Assembly (NCBI GenBank): GCA_963804975.1
Contig: CAWDSG010000002.1
Span: 341,015-405,014 of the forward strand
From: an uncultured bacterium
Lineage (GTDB): Bacteria > Patescibacteriota > Minisyncoccia > Phycocordibacterales > GWA1-40-21
DNA length: 64,000 nucleotides
Reading direction: 5' to 3'
Shown piece by piece: positions 1 to 9,190 of this stretch. The notes under the pieces were generated by a model. It ran no database searches, was not told the DNA's origin, and worked only from the letters and a program-made list of their open reading frames with translations. The position numbers were made by a program, and so were the translations under genes. Position 1 is the first letter of the stretch, and every line of letters begins with the position of its first letter.

Positions 1-1362
1 GTCGGATTTTTTCCAATCTTTATTTTTTCTCGCCGAATTTCTTTCTTCCACTAATTTTTGTAATTTAATATCTTTACTCATATCACTTAAAACAGGTTCT
101 AATATTTCAACTTCCTTTTTAATATTAAGTCCTAAAACTTTATCAAAATCATAAGCTGTAGCTAATTTATCTGAATTTGAAATATTTGACTTTAACATCT
201 CAAACAAAACAGCCAAGGCTTGAGAAACATTAAAATCATCAGCTATTTTTTCGGAAAAAGATTTTTTAAAATCTGCGTTTACTTTTCCAATTTTATTTCC
301 AAAGGAAGAAATATGATTTAATAAATTCTTATATCCAACCGAAGCAGCGGAAAGCGCGTCCCATGTAAAATTCTGTCTTGAACGATAGTGTGCTTGCATA
401 AAGAAAAATCTCAAAGCTATAGGATTGAAACCTTTTTCTTCAATATCTTTCAAGCTGACACTTAATCCTTCCGATTTTGACATTTTACCATCATTCACAA
501 CAAGCCATTCGTTGTGCACCCAATAATCTGCAAGTGGAGCACTATTCACAGCTTCGCTCTGAGCAATTTCGTTTGTGTGATGAACGGGAACATGTTCAAT
601 TCCTCCCATGTGAATATCAATCGTCTTTCCTAAAAGTTTTCTTATCATTGCCGAACATTCTATATGCCAGCCGGGGAAACCTTCTCCATTCTCAACAAGT
701 GGAGATTTAAATGGCGATTTCCAATATTGCAGTGCATTCTTGTGTGTGCCAGCTTTGAAAAACCAAACGGCAAAATCCACAGGATGTTTTTTCTGCGGAT
801 CTTCTATCTCAGCATTACCAGCGCCAGAAATATTTTTATCGAGGTTTTGTCCGGATAATCTCGTGTAATCTTTTGCTTTTGAAACATCAAAATACACCGC
901 CAAATCCGTAGAGTAGGCAAATCCTTTATCAAGCAGAGTTTTAACAAAAAAGATTATTTCATCAATATATTCCGTAGCTTTTGGCTTGAAATTTGGAGGA
1001 AGAGTATTCAGTTCAGCAACATCTTTTTCAAAAATTTTTATATATTTTTCAGAAATTTCTTTTGGAGAGAGATTTTCTCGTTTTGATGCCATTTCCATTT
1101 TGTCCTTCCCGGAATCCTGATCTGAAATAAGATGCCCAACATCCGTATAATTTCTTACAAATTTAACTTTATAACCGAAATATTTAAAAGTCCTGTCAAT
1201 AAAATCTGCCATTACCATAGCTCTCATATTACCAATATGCTGAGTCCAATAAACTGTTGGCCCACATTGGTAAAATAAAACCTTGCCTTTTTTTATCGGC
1301 TTAAATAAATCTTTTTTCCTCGTGAGAGTATTGTAAAGATAAATAGGGGAGTCGGATTTCAT
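1..1362 (-). CDS. cysS: Cysteinyl-tRNA synthetase (3' end runs off the window)
   Basis: Not in the ORF track. Hand translation from ATG 1362 gives MKSDSPIYLYNTLTRKK...YQCGPTVYWTQHIGN; GFPGWHIEC near 650-680; KMSKS near 472-486. Confidence 0.95.
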   Translation of the reverse strand, partial: MKSDSPIYLYNTLTRKKDLFKPIKKGKVLFYQCGPTVYWTQHIGNMRAMVMADFIDRTFKYFGYKVKFVRNYTDVGHLISDQDSGKDKMEMASKRENLSPKEISEKYIKIFEKDVAELNTLPPNFKPKATEYIDEIIFFVKTLLDKGFAYSTDLAVYFDVSKAKDYTRLSGQNLDKNISGAGNAEIEDPQKKHPVDFAVWFFKAGTHKNALQYWKSPFKSPLVENGEGFPGWHIECSAMIRKLLGKTIDIHMGGIEHVPVHHTNEIAQSEAVNSAPLADYWVHNEWLVVNDGKMSKSEGLSVSLKDIEEKGFNPIALRFFFMQAHYRSRQNFTWDALSAASVGYKNLLNHISSFGNKIGKVNADFKKSFSEKIADDFNVSQALAVLFEMLKSNISNSDKLATAYDFDKVLGLNIKKEVEILEPVLSDMSKDIKLQKLVEERNSARKNKDWKKSD

Positions 1363-1826
1363 TTTTTTATTTCAACTTTCTTTTCAAGCTTGCTCAGGAT
1401 ATCAATCATCATTTCGTTCTGGTTTTCCAAATGTATCAAAATCGTATCAATTTCTTTTTCCGCAATCTGATTCAGTTCAAAATCGGCCTGCGCGCGTACA
1501 TCGGAATGGTATCCTTGGAGATTCTGTCCAACCATGACAATGGGCATCAATATAAGCTGTATCATATTTGATATAAAAAGCCATAGGACAAAAGCGGGAA
1601 ACGGATCAAACCGCAACTCCACGGGAGCAAACATATTCCAACCGAGCCAAAGAATCGTCCATCCCATCAAAATATAAAAAAATCCCATCGTGCCGACTTT
1701 TTCGGTGATCCATGATGCAAGTTTTTGGGTTTTTGTCAGATGCTCTCTTTGCAGGATATACAAATTTCGCACCGACGGCCTTAATTTTCTCAATTCCTCC
1801 CTTGTGAGCGGTTTTTCTTTATTCAT
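1359..1826 (-). CDS. DUF1003-like membrane protein
   Basis: FDPFPAF...PIVMVGQN...RAQADFELN pattern with two TM helices; ATGA overlap with cysS. Confidence 0.8.
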   Translation of the reverse strand: MNKEKPLTREELRKLRPSVRNLYILQREHLTKTQKLASWITEKVGTMGFFYILMGWTILWLGWNMFAPVELRFDPFPAFVLWLFISNMIQLILMPIVMVGQNLQGYHSDVRAQADFELNQIAEKEIDTILIHLENQNEMMIDILSKLEKKVEIKK

Positions 1827-1850
1827 GCAAATAATTTTACCACACCGTAT

Positions 1851-3152
1851 TTGATAAATCTAGCGCTGAATTATTGGACAAATAAAGCATATTTTGAGAT
1901 AATGGGCAGAATGAAAAATGGAAAATTAATCGGATATAAAATACTCATTCTTTCGGCGGTGATTACGCTTATAATATTCGGATTTGGCGTATATGTCGGT
2001 AAAATTTGGTCCCATCCGAATACGAACGAGATTATCAATATTGATAACAGCAGCTCTTTATCTGTTTCCTCGTCGACTATAGATATGGCTCCTTTTTGGA
2101 ATGTCTGGAAAACTCTTGATGAAAAATTCGTTTACACGCATAAAAACGCAAAAGTAATTACCAATCAGGATAAAATATGGGGCGCAATAGAAGGCCTTAC
2201 CGCGGCATACGGAGACCCTTATACGGTTTTTATGCCTCCTACGGAAAGCAGCGAATTTCAGACAAATATAAGCGGAGATTTTGAAGGGGTCGGAATGGAA
2301 CTTGCGATCAAAGGCAGTAATATTGTCGTAGTAGCTCCGCTCAAAGGCACGCCTGCTTACAACGCCGGCATAAAAACCGGAGATATTCTTTTGTCCATTG
2401 ACGGCACATCAACAGCGGCTATGGATATAGATACTGCTGTAAATCTGATAAGGGGCAAGGCCGGCACGACCGTAAACCTTAAATTTGAAAGAGCGGGAAA
2501 TGCAAATCCGCTTGAATTCAAACTGACAAGGGCTGTTATAAATATTCCGACTATAGATACCGATACCAAAGGCGATGTGTTTATCATACGGCTTTATAAT
2601 TTCTACGCTCCGTCCGCAGATGATTTCAGAGGCGCTCTGAGAGATTTTGTGCAGTCCGGGAAATACAAATTAGTCCTTGATCTTCGAGGAAATCCAGGAG
2701 GATATTTGGATGCCGCAGTGGACATGGCGAGTTGGTTTCTTCCGCTTGGCGATGTCGTTGTCAGGGAAAATTTCGGCTCAAGCTCTCCGGAGCAGGTTTA
2801 CAGAAGCAAAGGATACAATGTTTTCAACAGCAATTTAAAAATGATAATCCTTGTGGATCAGGGTTCGGCATCGGCGGCGGAAATTCTCTCCGGAGCTCTA
2901 GAGGAACACGGCATAGCGAAACTTGTCGGCACGAGGACATTCGGAAAAGGTTCAGTGCAAGAGCTCATGCAGATTACTCCCGATACATCGCTCAAAATCA
3001 CTATTGCAAAATGGCTTACGCCAAACGGCTTGTCCATAACTGACAACGGTCTCACGCCGGATTATAATGTGCCGATGACAGATGCAGACATGCTTGCCGG
3101 AAAAGATCCGCAGATGGATAAAGCGATAGAAATATTAGATAATAATAAATAA
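1851..3152 (+). CDS. ctpA: S41 family C-terminal processing peptidase with PDZ domain (true start probably ~1902-1911)
   Basis: DPYT, DLRGNPGG, SASAAE and TFGKG motifs; N-terminal TM helix. Confidence 0.92.
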   Translation: MINLALNYWTNKAYFEIMGRMKNGKLIGYKILILSAVITLIIFGFGVYVGKIWSHPNTNEIINIDNSSSLSVSSSTIDMAPFWNVWKTLDEKFVYTHKNAKVITNQDKIWGAIEGLTAAYGDPYTVFMPPTESSEFQTNISGDFEGVGMELAIKGSNIVVVAPLKGTPAYNAGIKTGDILLSIDGTSTAAMDIDTAVNLIRGKAGTTVNLKFERAGNANPLEFKLTRAVINIPTIDTDTKGDVFIIRLYNFYAPSADDFRGALRDFVQSGKYKLVLDLRGNPGGYLDAAVDMASWFLPLGDVVVRENFGSSSPEQVYRSKGYNVFNSNLKMIILVDQGSASAAEILSGALEEHGIAKLVGTRTFGKGSVQELMQITPDTSLKITIAKWLTPNGLSITDNGLTPDYNVPMTDADMLAGKDPQMDKAIEILDNNK

Positions 3153-3153
3153 T

Positions 3154-3600
3154 ATGAAAATAATTTTATTGAAAGACGTGAAGAAAATCGGCAAAAAATA
3201 TGAGATCAAGGATGTTGCCGACGGATACGCGCTAAATTCGCTCATACCGAGCGAAGTTGCCGTTCCCGCCACGCCAAGCTATATAAAATTCGTTGAAGCG
3301 AAGAAAAAGCAGGATGGAATTATAAAAGAAGAATTCAAAAAAGAGTTTGAATATGCGCTTTCAAAATTACCGAACGGCAAGCTTCACATAAGCGGAAAAG
3401 TAAGCGGTAAGGGCCACCTGTTCGCAGGAATTCAGAAAGACAGGATTATAGAGGAATTCAAAAAAGAAACCGGAGTGGTGCTTTCGGACGAGCATTTTGA
3501 ACTTGAAAAGCCAATCAAAGAAGTGGGGGAGCACACCATTGAAATAAAAATAGACGACCAAAAATACAAATTGGTTATATTTGTAAAAGCAGAGGAATAA
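3154..3600 (+). CDS. rplI: 50S ribosomal protein bL9
   Basis: MKIILLKDVKKIGK...VADGYALNSLIP...GHLFAG...PIKEVGEH. Confidence 0.95.
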   Translation: MKIILLKDVKKIGKKYEIKDVADGYALNSLIPSEVAVPATPSYIKFVEAKKKQDGIIKEEFKKEFEYALSKLPNGKLHISGKVSGKGHLFAGIQKDRIIEEFKKETGVVLSDEHFELEKPIKEVGEHTIEIKIDDQKYKLVIFVKAEE

Positions 3601-3606
3601 AGGATC

Positions 3607-3706
3607 GCGAGGCGTTTCGTTTGAAAAGCACGGATATTTTCTTGCTAGAAAATTCCTCGAGCTCGCGCCGTCGCGCTCCCTAGGCTTTTCAAACGAAACG
3701 CCTCGC
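3607..3706 (+). repeat. Structured dispersed repeat, copy 1 (23-bp perfect arms, 54-nt core)
   Basis: GCGAGGCGTTTCGTTTGAAAAGC at 3607-3629 and its exact reverse complement at 3684-3706; core shared with four other copies. Confidence 0.9.
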
Positions 3707-3715
3707 TTGCTAACA

Positions 3716-3739
3716 AAAAATTCCCCGAAGGGAATTTTT
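3716..3739. terminator. Likely bidirectional intrinsic terminator between convergent rplI and rpmA
   Basis: AAAAATTCCC-CGAA-GGGAATTTTT hairpin. Confidence 0.7.
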
Positions 3740-4012
3740 CTAAATAACATTCACAATACTTCTCCTTGTTATTGTTGAATCAAAATTATTTTTTCTTTTT
3801 GTCTTGAATTCCACTGTTCCGTCCGCAAGAGCAAAAAGCGTGTGGTCTGTGCCAACGCCAACAGATTTGCCGGCGAGTACGTCTCTGCCTTTTTGCCTCA
3901 CGATGATTTGTCCGGTTTTTACGGCTTCGCCGTTATTGATTTTCACCCCAAGATATCTTGAATTGGAATCTCTGCCGTTTTTACTTGAACCTGCTGCTTT
4001 TTTATGTGCCAT
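3740..4012 (-). CDS. rpmA: 50S ribosomal protein bL27
   Basis: [16 protein letters not shown]...GQIIVRQKG...DHTLFA. Confidence 0.97.
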   Translation of the reverse strand: MAHKKAAGSSKNGRDSNSRYLGVKINNGEAVKTGQIIVRQKGRDVLAGKSVGVGTDHTLFALADGTVEFKTKRKNNFDSTITRRSIVNVI

Positions 4013-4129
4013 AGTTGATTTTTATCTTTATAATTAATGCCTATGATTCTAACTAATCTCAAGAAAAAAGTCAATCTATTGAAAGAAAAGCTAAAAACCT
4101 ATATAATCAACGTCATATAAATATAAAAA

Positions 4130-6853
4130 ATGTTAAGCTACCTTGAAAAAAGACAAAATATGATGAATAAAAATTACAAGATATTTGTTTTTCTATTATC
4201 GGTTGTTGGAGGCCTTCTGGCTTTCGGCCAATGTGTTTTTGCTTCTTCCGACGGATATGGATATTTTCGCCCTATAACGATAGATCACACAGAAGTTTCC
4301 ACAAATGATCAAGCATCTTTTCCTATTCTAGTTTGTTTCAACGGAAATTCTCCATGTGACCAATCTTTGCCGGAACTTAAAAATACATCAGATGGAGGGC
4401 ATGTCCAAAATTCAAACGGCTACGATATTATTTTTACTTCCGATATTGACGGCAACAATGTTCTTCCTTTTGAATTGGAAAATTATGTTCCGACTACGGG
4501 CGAAGCTGAGTTTTGGATAAATATACCTACATTGTCCCATTCAACTGACACGACTATTTACATGTTTTACGGAAAATCCGGTGTAAGTAGTTTCCAGGGA
4601 AATACAACGGGAACATGGAATAGCGATTACAAAGGAGTTTATCATCTTTCCACGCCGTCAGTTATTTATGTAAGGCCGACTAGGAGCAGCTATAATCCGA
4701 TAATCAGTCACGGAGGAACAGGATGGAAAGAGCGCCAAGTTCAGGAACCGGTTATTATTCCTGATCCGACTGATAATTCAAAACTTATAATGTTTTATGC
4801 TGCTATGGACGGTTCAAACGATACTGCTATTGGGTTTGCAACTTCAACTGTAGCAAATCCTGAAAGTTGGAATGAGTACAGTGGCAACCCAGTTATTCCG
4901 GGAGAAGGTGTCGGACGGCGAATAGATGCGGTTATAAATGTATCGGGTACGCTTTATCTTTATGCTACTGAAAACAGTGTTCAGGTTGTTTTATACACCT
5001 CTACTGATAACGGACTTACTTGGTCTAGAGATGCTTCAAGTCCCGTTTTAACTCCGGACGGCCAAGAATGTTCAGACGAAACTAATGTCAGTGAAGGTAG
5101 TGTTTACTGGGATGGCGGAAGCAATTGGACAATGATTTACTCTTATCGCACAAACGCAGCTTCTTTAGCGGGATTTCGATATGCAACATCTTCTGATGGA
5201 AAAACTTGGACGAAAGGCGGGTGCACAGACATTCTTTCTTTAGGGCCTGCCGGTACAAGTGATACGTCATATATGGAATGGCATCAGATTTTTAAAATAG
5301 GCTCCACTTACTATTTAAGCTATGAAGGTTATGGCTATAATTCTGAAGGAGTAGTTTGGTCAGCCAATCTTGCTTACAGCAAAAGCTTAACAAGCGGCTG
5401 GAAAAAAGCTGGAGCTAATCCGGTTTTTATACGATCATCAACTCCCGGAGCTTTTGATGAATACCATGTGGCAACGCCAGCTTTTTATAATATCGGCGGA
5501 GTGTGGTATTTATTTTATCAGGGAGGAAACGTCTACGACCCTTATGCCGCTTCAAATTGGGATTTGGGTATGGCTCGTTTGCCTGGAAGTCCGGCAGATG
5601 CCGCTATTGGCGAAGTTCATGATTCTACTTCCAATGCAAATGATTTAGTTGCAGTAAATTTAGCAACTTCTTCAGGAGAATTTGGCAGAGGATTTGTTTT
5701 TAACGGCACTTCAAGTTATGCAAGTTCTCCGATTCCCGGATCTACGGCAACAAGCAATTTTACTTTGCAATCATGGATAAAACCTAACGATTTGGATACG
5801 CCGTTTACGTTCGTACAAAATGGAGCTGATAACGGAATAGATGGAGGTTCCGGTTATGGAATCGGCCTTAATGGCAGTGCCGGAGGAGGGGGAAGGCTTA
5901 CAGCTCTTTTATCTGGAATAACTTGGCTTGATTCGGGTTCTGCATTTGTTTCCACAAGCAGTTGGCACAGCACGGCAATGGTAAGAGATGCAGGTGGCAC
6001 TATTGATTTTTATGCTGATGCGGTTCAGGCCCCTCTTACGTATTCTCAAACACCGAATGCAGCGAATACAAATTTTACAATCGGATCCCTTACAACCGGG
6101 CATGGTTTTTATAACGGATCGGTAGATGAGGTACGTATTTTAGACACTGCGCTTGGAGCAGATTGGATTGCAACTGAATACAATAACGAAAATTCTCCAT
6201 CGACTTTTTATACAGTAGGAGACGAAACCGCTTTAACGACGACTTCAAGAGGTCATCATAGGAATCTTGAGTATCTTTTGTATACAGCCGGATTCGGTGG
6301 CACGATTTCAGGAGAAAAAAGTCAGGTTGTAGTTTCTGGGGGAAGCGGTTCACTTGTCACGGCTGTTCCTGATCCTGGCTATAAATTTACAACCTGGAGC
6401 GATGGCCTAAAAACAGATTCAAGAACCGATGAAAACATATTAGCAAGTGTCAGCTTCACTGCGAATTTTGAACCTTTGTTAACTTCGTCAAATGAAAGTG
6501 AAGCTGAAACTGCTGTTTCTTCGGGAGCATCAAATACCGGCACAGGTGGCGGATTTTATGTTTCGACCTCCTCTGAAATGATAGGTTCGGGCTCCTCCAC
6601 CACTTCAAAGTTTATTTTTAATCGCGATCTTTATTTTACAAAAACAGAATCAGATGTTAAAGAGCTTCAAAAATATTTGAATAATAATGGTTTTATTCTT
6701 GCAAAAACCGGTCCTGGTTCTCCGGGGCAAGAAACTTCTTATTTCGGAATATTGACAAAAAACAGTTTAATTGGCTTCCAAAAAGCAAATAAAATTAAAC
6801 CGACAATCGGGTATTTCGGTCCCATTACAAGAAAGTTAATCAACAGTCGTTAA
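4130..6853 (+). CDS. Large exported multidomain protein: DUF2341, glycosidase-like beta-propeller, LamG, InlB B-repeat-like domain, C-terminal peptidoglycan-binding domain
   Basis: Signal peptide; DIIFT...LPFELE...EFWINIP...IYMFYG (DUF2341); repeated NPV/I blades; YNGSVDEVRI (LamG); AVPDPGYKFTTWS; DVKELQKYLN...YFGILTK...GYFGPITR. Confidence 0.75.
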   Translation: MLSYLEKRQNMMNKNYKIFVFLLSVVGGLLAFGQCVFASSDGYGYFRPITIDHTEVSTNDQASFPILVCFNGNSPCDQSLPELKNTSDGGHVQNSNGYDIIFTSDIDGNNVLPFELENYVPTTGEAEFWINIPTLSHSTDTTIYMFYGKSGVSSFQGNTTGTWNSDYKGVYHLSTPSVIYVRPTRSSYNPIISHGGTGWKERQVQEPVIIPDPTDNSKLIMFYAAMDGSNDTAIGFATSTVANPESWNEYSGNPVIPGEGVGRRIDAVINVSGTLYLYATENSVQVVLYTSTDNGLTWSRDASSPVLTPDGQECSDETNVSEGSVYWDGGSNWTMIYSYRTNAASLAGFRYATSSDGKTWTKGGCTDILSLGPAGTSDTSYMEWHQIFKIGSTYYLSYEGYGYNSEGVVWSANLAYSKSLTSGWKKAGANPVFIRSSTPGAFDEYHVATPAFYNIGGVWYLFYQGGNVYDPYAASNWDLGMARLPGSPADAAIGEVHDSTSNANDLVAVNLATSSGEFGRGFVFNGTSSYASSPIPGSTATSNFTLQSWIKPNDLDTPFTFVQNGADNGIDGGSGYGIGLNGSAGGGGRLTALLSGITWLDSGSAFVSTSSWHSTAMVRDAGGTIDFYADAVQAPLTYSQTPNAANTNFTIGSLTTGHGFYNGSVDEVRILDTALGADWIATEYNNENSPSTFYTVGDETALTTTSRGHHRNLEYLLYTAGFGGTISGEKSQVVVSGGSGSLVTAVPDPGYKFTTWSDGLKTDSRTDENILASVSFTANFEPLLTSSNESEAETAVSSGASNTGTGGGFYVSTSSEMIGSGSSTTSKFIFNRDLYFTKTESDVKELQKYLNNNGFILAKTGPGSPGQETSYFGILTKNSLIGFQKANKIKPTIGYFGPITRKLINSR

Positions 6854-6880
6854 ATTTAATTTCAAAGAGTTTAAGTAAAT

Positions 6881-7321
6881 ATGGTTTTAAATTATTTTTT
6901 CCAGAAAATCAAGCCCTTTTGGAATGATATAAAAGGCGGGTTTTTAGGCGTTAAAAATAACCTAAAAATAAAGGAAGATTTGTTTATTGCCATACTTATT
7001 GTTCTTGTCGGTCTGGCTTCATTCGGTCTCGGCAAATTGTCGGTTTTGGAAGCAGAAAAAACACCTATTTCCATTATCAATAATCAAACCGTAGTTGATG
7101 AAAGTGTATCCGGAAATGTTTCAAATACAGCTTCAACAAATACAGCGACTTCCACAGGGCAGGGAATCGTATTTGGCTCAAAATCCGGCACAAAATATTA
7201 TTATCCATGGTGTTCCGGCGCAGCCAGAATAAAGCCGGAAAACAGAGTTTGGTTTAAAAGCATTGAAGACGCGAAATCCGCCGGCCTAACTCCTGCGGCA
7301 AATTGTTCGGGATTGAAATGA
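6881..7321 (+). CDS. Membrane-anchored protein with Ada metal-binding-like C-terminal domain
   Basis: One TM helix, then GSKSGTKYYYPWC...IKPENRVWFKSIEDAKSAGLTPAANC. Confidence 0.7.
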   Translation: MVLNYFFQKIKPFWNDIKGGFLGVKNNLKIKEDLFIAILIVLVGLASFGLGKLSVLEAEKTPISIINNQTVVDESVSGNVSNTASTNTATSTGQGIVFGSKSGTKYYYPWCSGAARIKPENRVWFKSIEDAKSAGLTPAANCSGLK

Positions 7322-7326
7322 CGAAT

Positions 7327-7354
7327 TTGACATATCTTTTAGTTTTGATAATCT
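7327..7354 (+). promoter_or_regulatory. sigma70-like promoter of orphan cassette
   Basis: TTGACA-N16-TAATCT, then SD GAGGTG before ATG 7391. Confidence 0.55.
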
Positions 7355-7390
7355 CAAAATAGGAAGTTCGTTCAAAAAAGAGGTGTGTTT

Positions 7391-7615
7391 ATGATCAAAA
7401 AGAAACAGCTCAAAAGTAAAACTATACCATTCAGAGAAGCACATAAAATAATCGGGTGGATGGTCAGATATTGCTTAAAAATCAAAAAAAGATTACAAGA
7501 CTTAAATGATGCGGAAATAGTATTTATTATTTGCTGTGTTTTGAGCGGCCAGGAAAAATGGATATTGGATGATAGGCTAGTGTTTGGAAAATGGACAAAA
7601 AAACGCAAAAAGTAA
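7391..7615 (+). CDS. Small orphan protein resembling the argininosuccinate lyase C-terminal helical domain
   Basis: IPFREAHKIIGWMVRYCLKIKKRLQDLNDAE; own promoter, SD and terminator (7633-7659). Confidence 0.6.
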   Translation: MIKKKQLKSKTIPFREAHKIIGWMVRYCLKIKKRLQDLNDAEIVFIICCVLSGQEKWILDDRLVFGKWTKKRKK

Positions 7616-7746
7616 GGTGATTTACCCGATACGAACGGAGAAAGATTTTTTCTCCGTTCATTTTTTTAAATCTAAAACCAAGTTGACTTTTTTCCTTATA
7701 ATGGTAGATTTTGTATCAGAAGAATTCCAAAAAATGGAGGCAAGAA

Positions 7747-7938
7747 ATGTACTTAGAATTCAATTGCAGAAATGAGAGTTGTGATAATGGAGTTGAAATG
7801 CCTGGCACCTATTGTGAATCTTGTCGTTCACTACCTAAAAAGATAAAATTATTCGCGGTAGCGATTACACTGCTTTTTATAGTGATACCGTTTATTTTTG
7901 TGGTTTATAAAATTTTTTCGATTCCAATCGGTTTTTAA
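7747..7938 (+). CDS. Small Cys-motif protein with one TM helix (orphan)
   Basis: TTGACT-N16-TAGATT at 7683-7710; GGAGG at 7736; CxxxxC...CxxC followed by a hydrophobic helix. Confidence 0.6.
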   Translation: MYLEFNCRNESCDNGVEMPGTYCESCRSLPKKIKLFAVAITLLFIVIPFIFVVYKIFSIPIGF

Positions 7939-7949
7939 GGGGAGAAATC

Positions 7950-8072
7950 ATGAAAAAACTAAGATTGTTCTTTGTTTTGTTTATTAAAATACTTTTTCCA
8001 AAAAAGCCGAACAAGAAACAAATTAAGGTTTTGAATGAAACAAATATCAACTCCGGTACTACTACCGGTTAA
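7950..8072 (+). CDS. 40-aa orphan peptide
   Basis: AAGGGGAG SD then MKKLRLFFVLFIKILFPKK...; followed by a terminator hairpin at 8071-8100. Confidence 0.45.
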   Translation: MKKLRLFFVLFIKILFPKKPNKKQIKVLNETNINSGTTTG

Positions 8073-8169
8073 AACACAGCAAGTAATACGCTGTGTTTTT
8101 TGTTGCCAATCTTATTTTTTGTGCTAGGATAAAAATAGATTCTTATTGTTATTTTAAATGGGGGATTAC

Positions 8170-8376
8170 ATGATCAAACATTTATTTATTTCTGGGAAAG
8201 CAATAGAAACTTTGCGATTAACTCCGCGTGATTTAAAAAAAGCAATGCGATTAAGGAAAAATGAAATAGCACGAGAACGTTATCAAGAAAAACGTAAGAA
8301 ACGTTTAAGGAAAACTCGCGTTAATCTTGTAGCTATTCGTGGGCAGATGGACTGCCCAAGACATAATGATTTTTGA
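8170..8376 (+). CDS. Small basic orphan protein
   Basis: TTGCCA-N16-TAGGAT at 8103-8130; GGGGG SD; terminator GCGCGGAAC/GTTCCGCGC at 8392-8414. Confidence 0.55.
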   Translation: MIKHLFISGKAIETLRLTPRDLKKAMRLRKNEIARERYQEKRKKRLRKTRVNLVAIRGQMDCPRHNDF

Positions 8377-8442
8377 TTCAGACGGATAAGAGCGCGGAAC
8401 CGTAGGTTCCGCGCCTTTTTATTTCTGTGTTAAAATAAACTT

Positions 8443-9039
8443 ATGATTATCGTAGACGTAGAGGCAAGCGGGGTGGATTTGAATAAAAGCTCAATCTTAT
8501 CAATTGGAGCGTTTGATTTTGATAATCCTAAAAATAAATTTTATGGCGAGTGCAGAATCTGGCAGGGCGCGCATCTGAATAAGGACTCAATGAAAGTAAA
8601 CGGCTTTACTGATGAAGAAGCGCAGGATCCTAAAAAGCAATCCGATGGGGAATTGGTTAAGACCTTTATTGAATGGGCGCTTACCTTCTGCAAGGAACAT
8701 ACTTTTGCCGGACAGAATCCTTCTTTTGACAGGGATTTCATACATTATGCGGCGACAAGGGCCCATCTTGACTGGCCATTTGCTTTCAGGACAATTGACC
8801 AGCATTCTCTTTGCTTTATGCATATGATTAAGAGGGGAATAACTCCGCCCATTCTCAAGAAAAGGACTGACCTTGATTCCGATAGGATTATGGAATATGT
8901 CGGAATCCCGACCGAACCTCATCCTCACAATGCCTTAAATGGGGCAAAAGTGGCCGGAGAAGCTATTTCAAGATTGCTTTATGATAAACCATTCCTTCCG
9001 GAATTCAAAAAATACCCTATCCCATGGCTTAAAAAGTAA
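8443..9039 (+). CDS. DEDDh 3'-5' exonuclease (DnaQ/RNase T superfamily)
   Basis: DVEASG (ExoI), QNPSFD (ExoII), HNALNGA (ExoIII-like). Confidence 0.85.
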   Translation: MIIVDVEASGVDLNKSSILSIGAFDFDNPKNKFYGECRIWQGAHLNKDSMKVNGFTDEEAQDPKKQSDGELVKTFIEWALTFCKEHTFAGQNPSFDRDFIHYAATRAHLDWPFAFRTIDQHSLCFMHMIKRGITPPILKKRTDLDSDRIMEYVGIPTEPHPHNALNGAKVAGEAISRLLYDKPFLPEFKKYPIPWLKK

Positions 9040-9190
9040 AGGCCTAAATTTGGATTAAAAAGCATAATTAGGATTAGATAAAATACGGCTTATTAGAGCC
9101 GTATTTTATATTATTTACTGCCCCAAGCTCTTGACTTTTTTAATCAAACGTGCTAGCATTATAAGGAATCCGTCTAAGACGGATTTTATT

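Noticed and set aside
477-858. Two + strand ORFs of 77 and 64 aa
   Set aside because: They are antisense shadows of cysS, which occupies 1-1362 on the minus strand.
3367-3750. 127-aa minus-strand ORF
   Set aside because: It overlaps rplI antisense and reads through repeat copy 1; no recognisable motifs.
8170-8376. Resemblance of ARERYQEKRKKR to plant CCT motifs
   Set aside because: A short low-complexity basic helix; likely chance.
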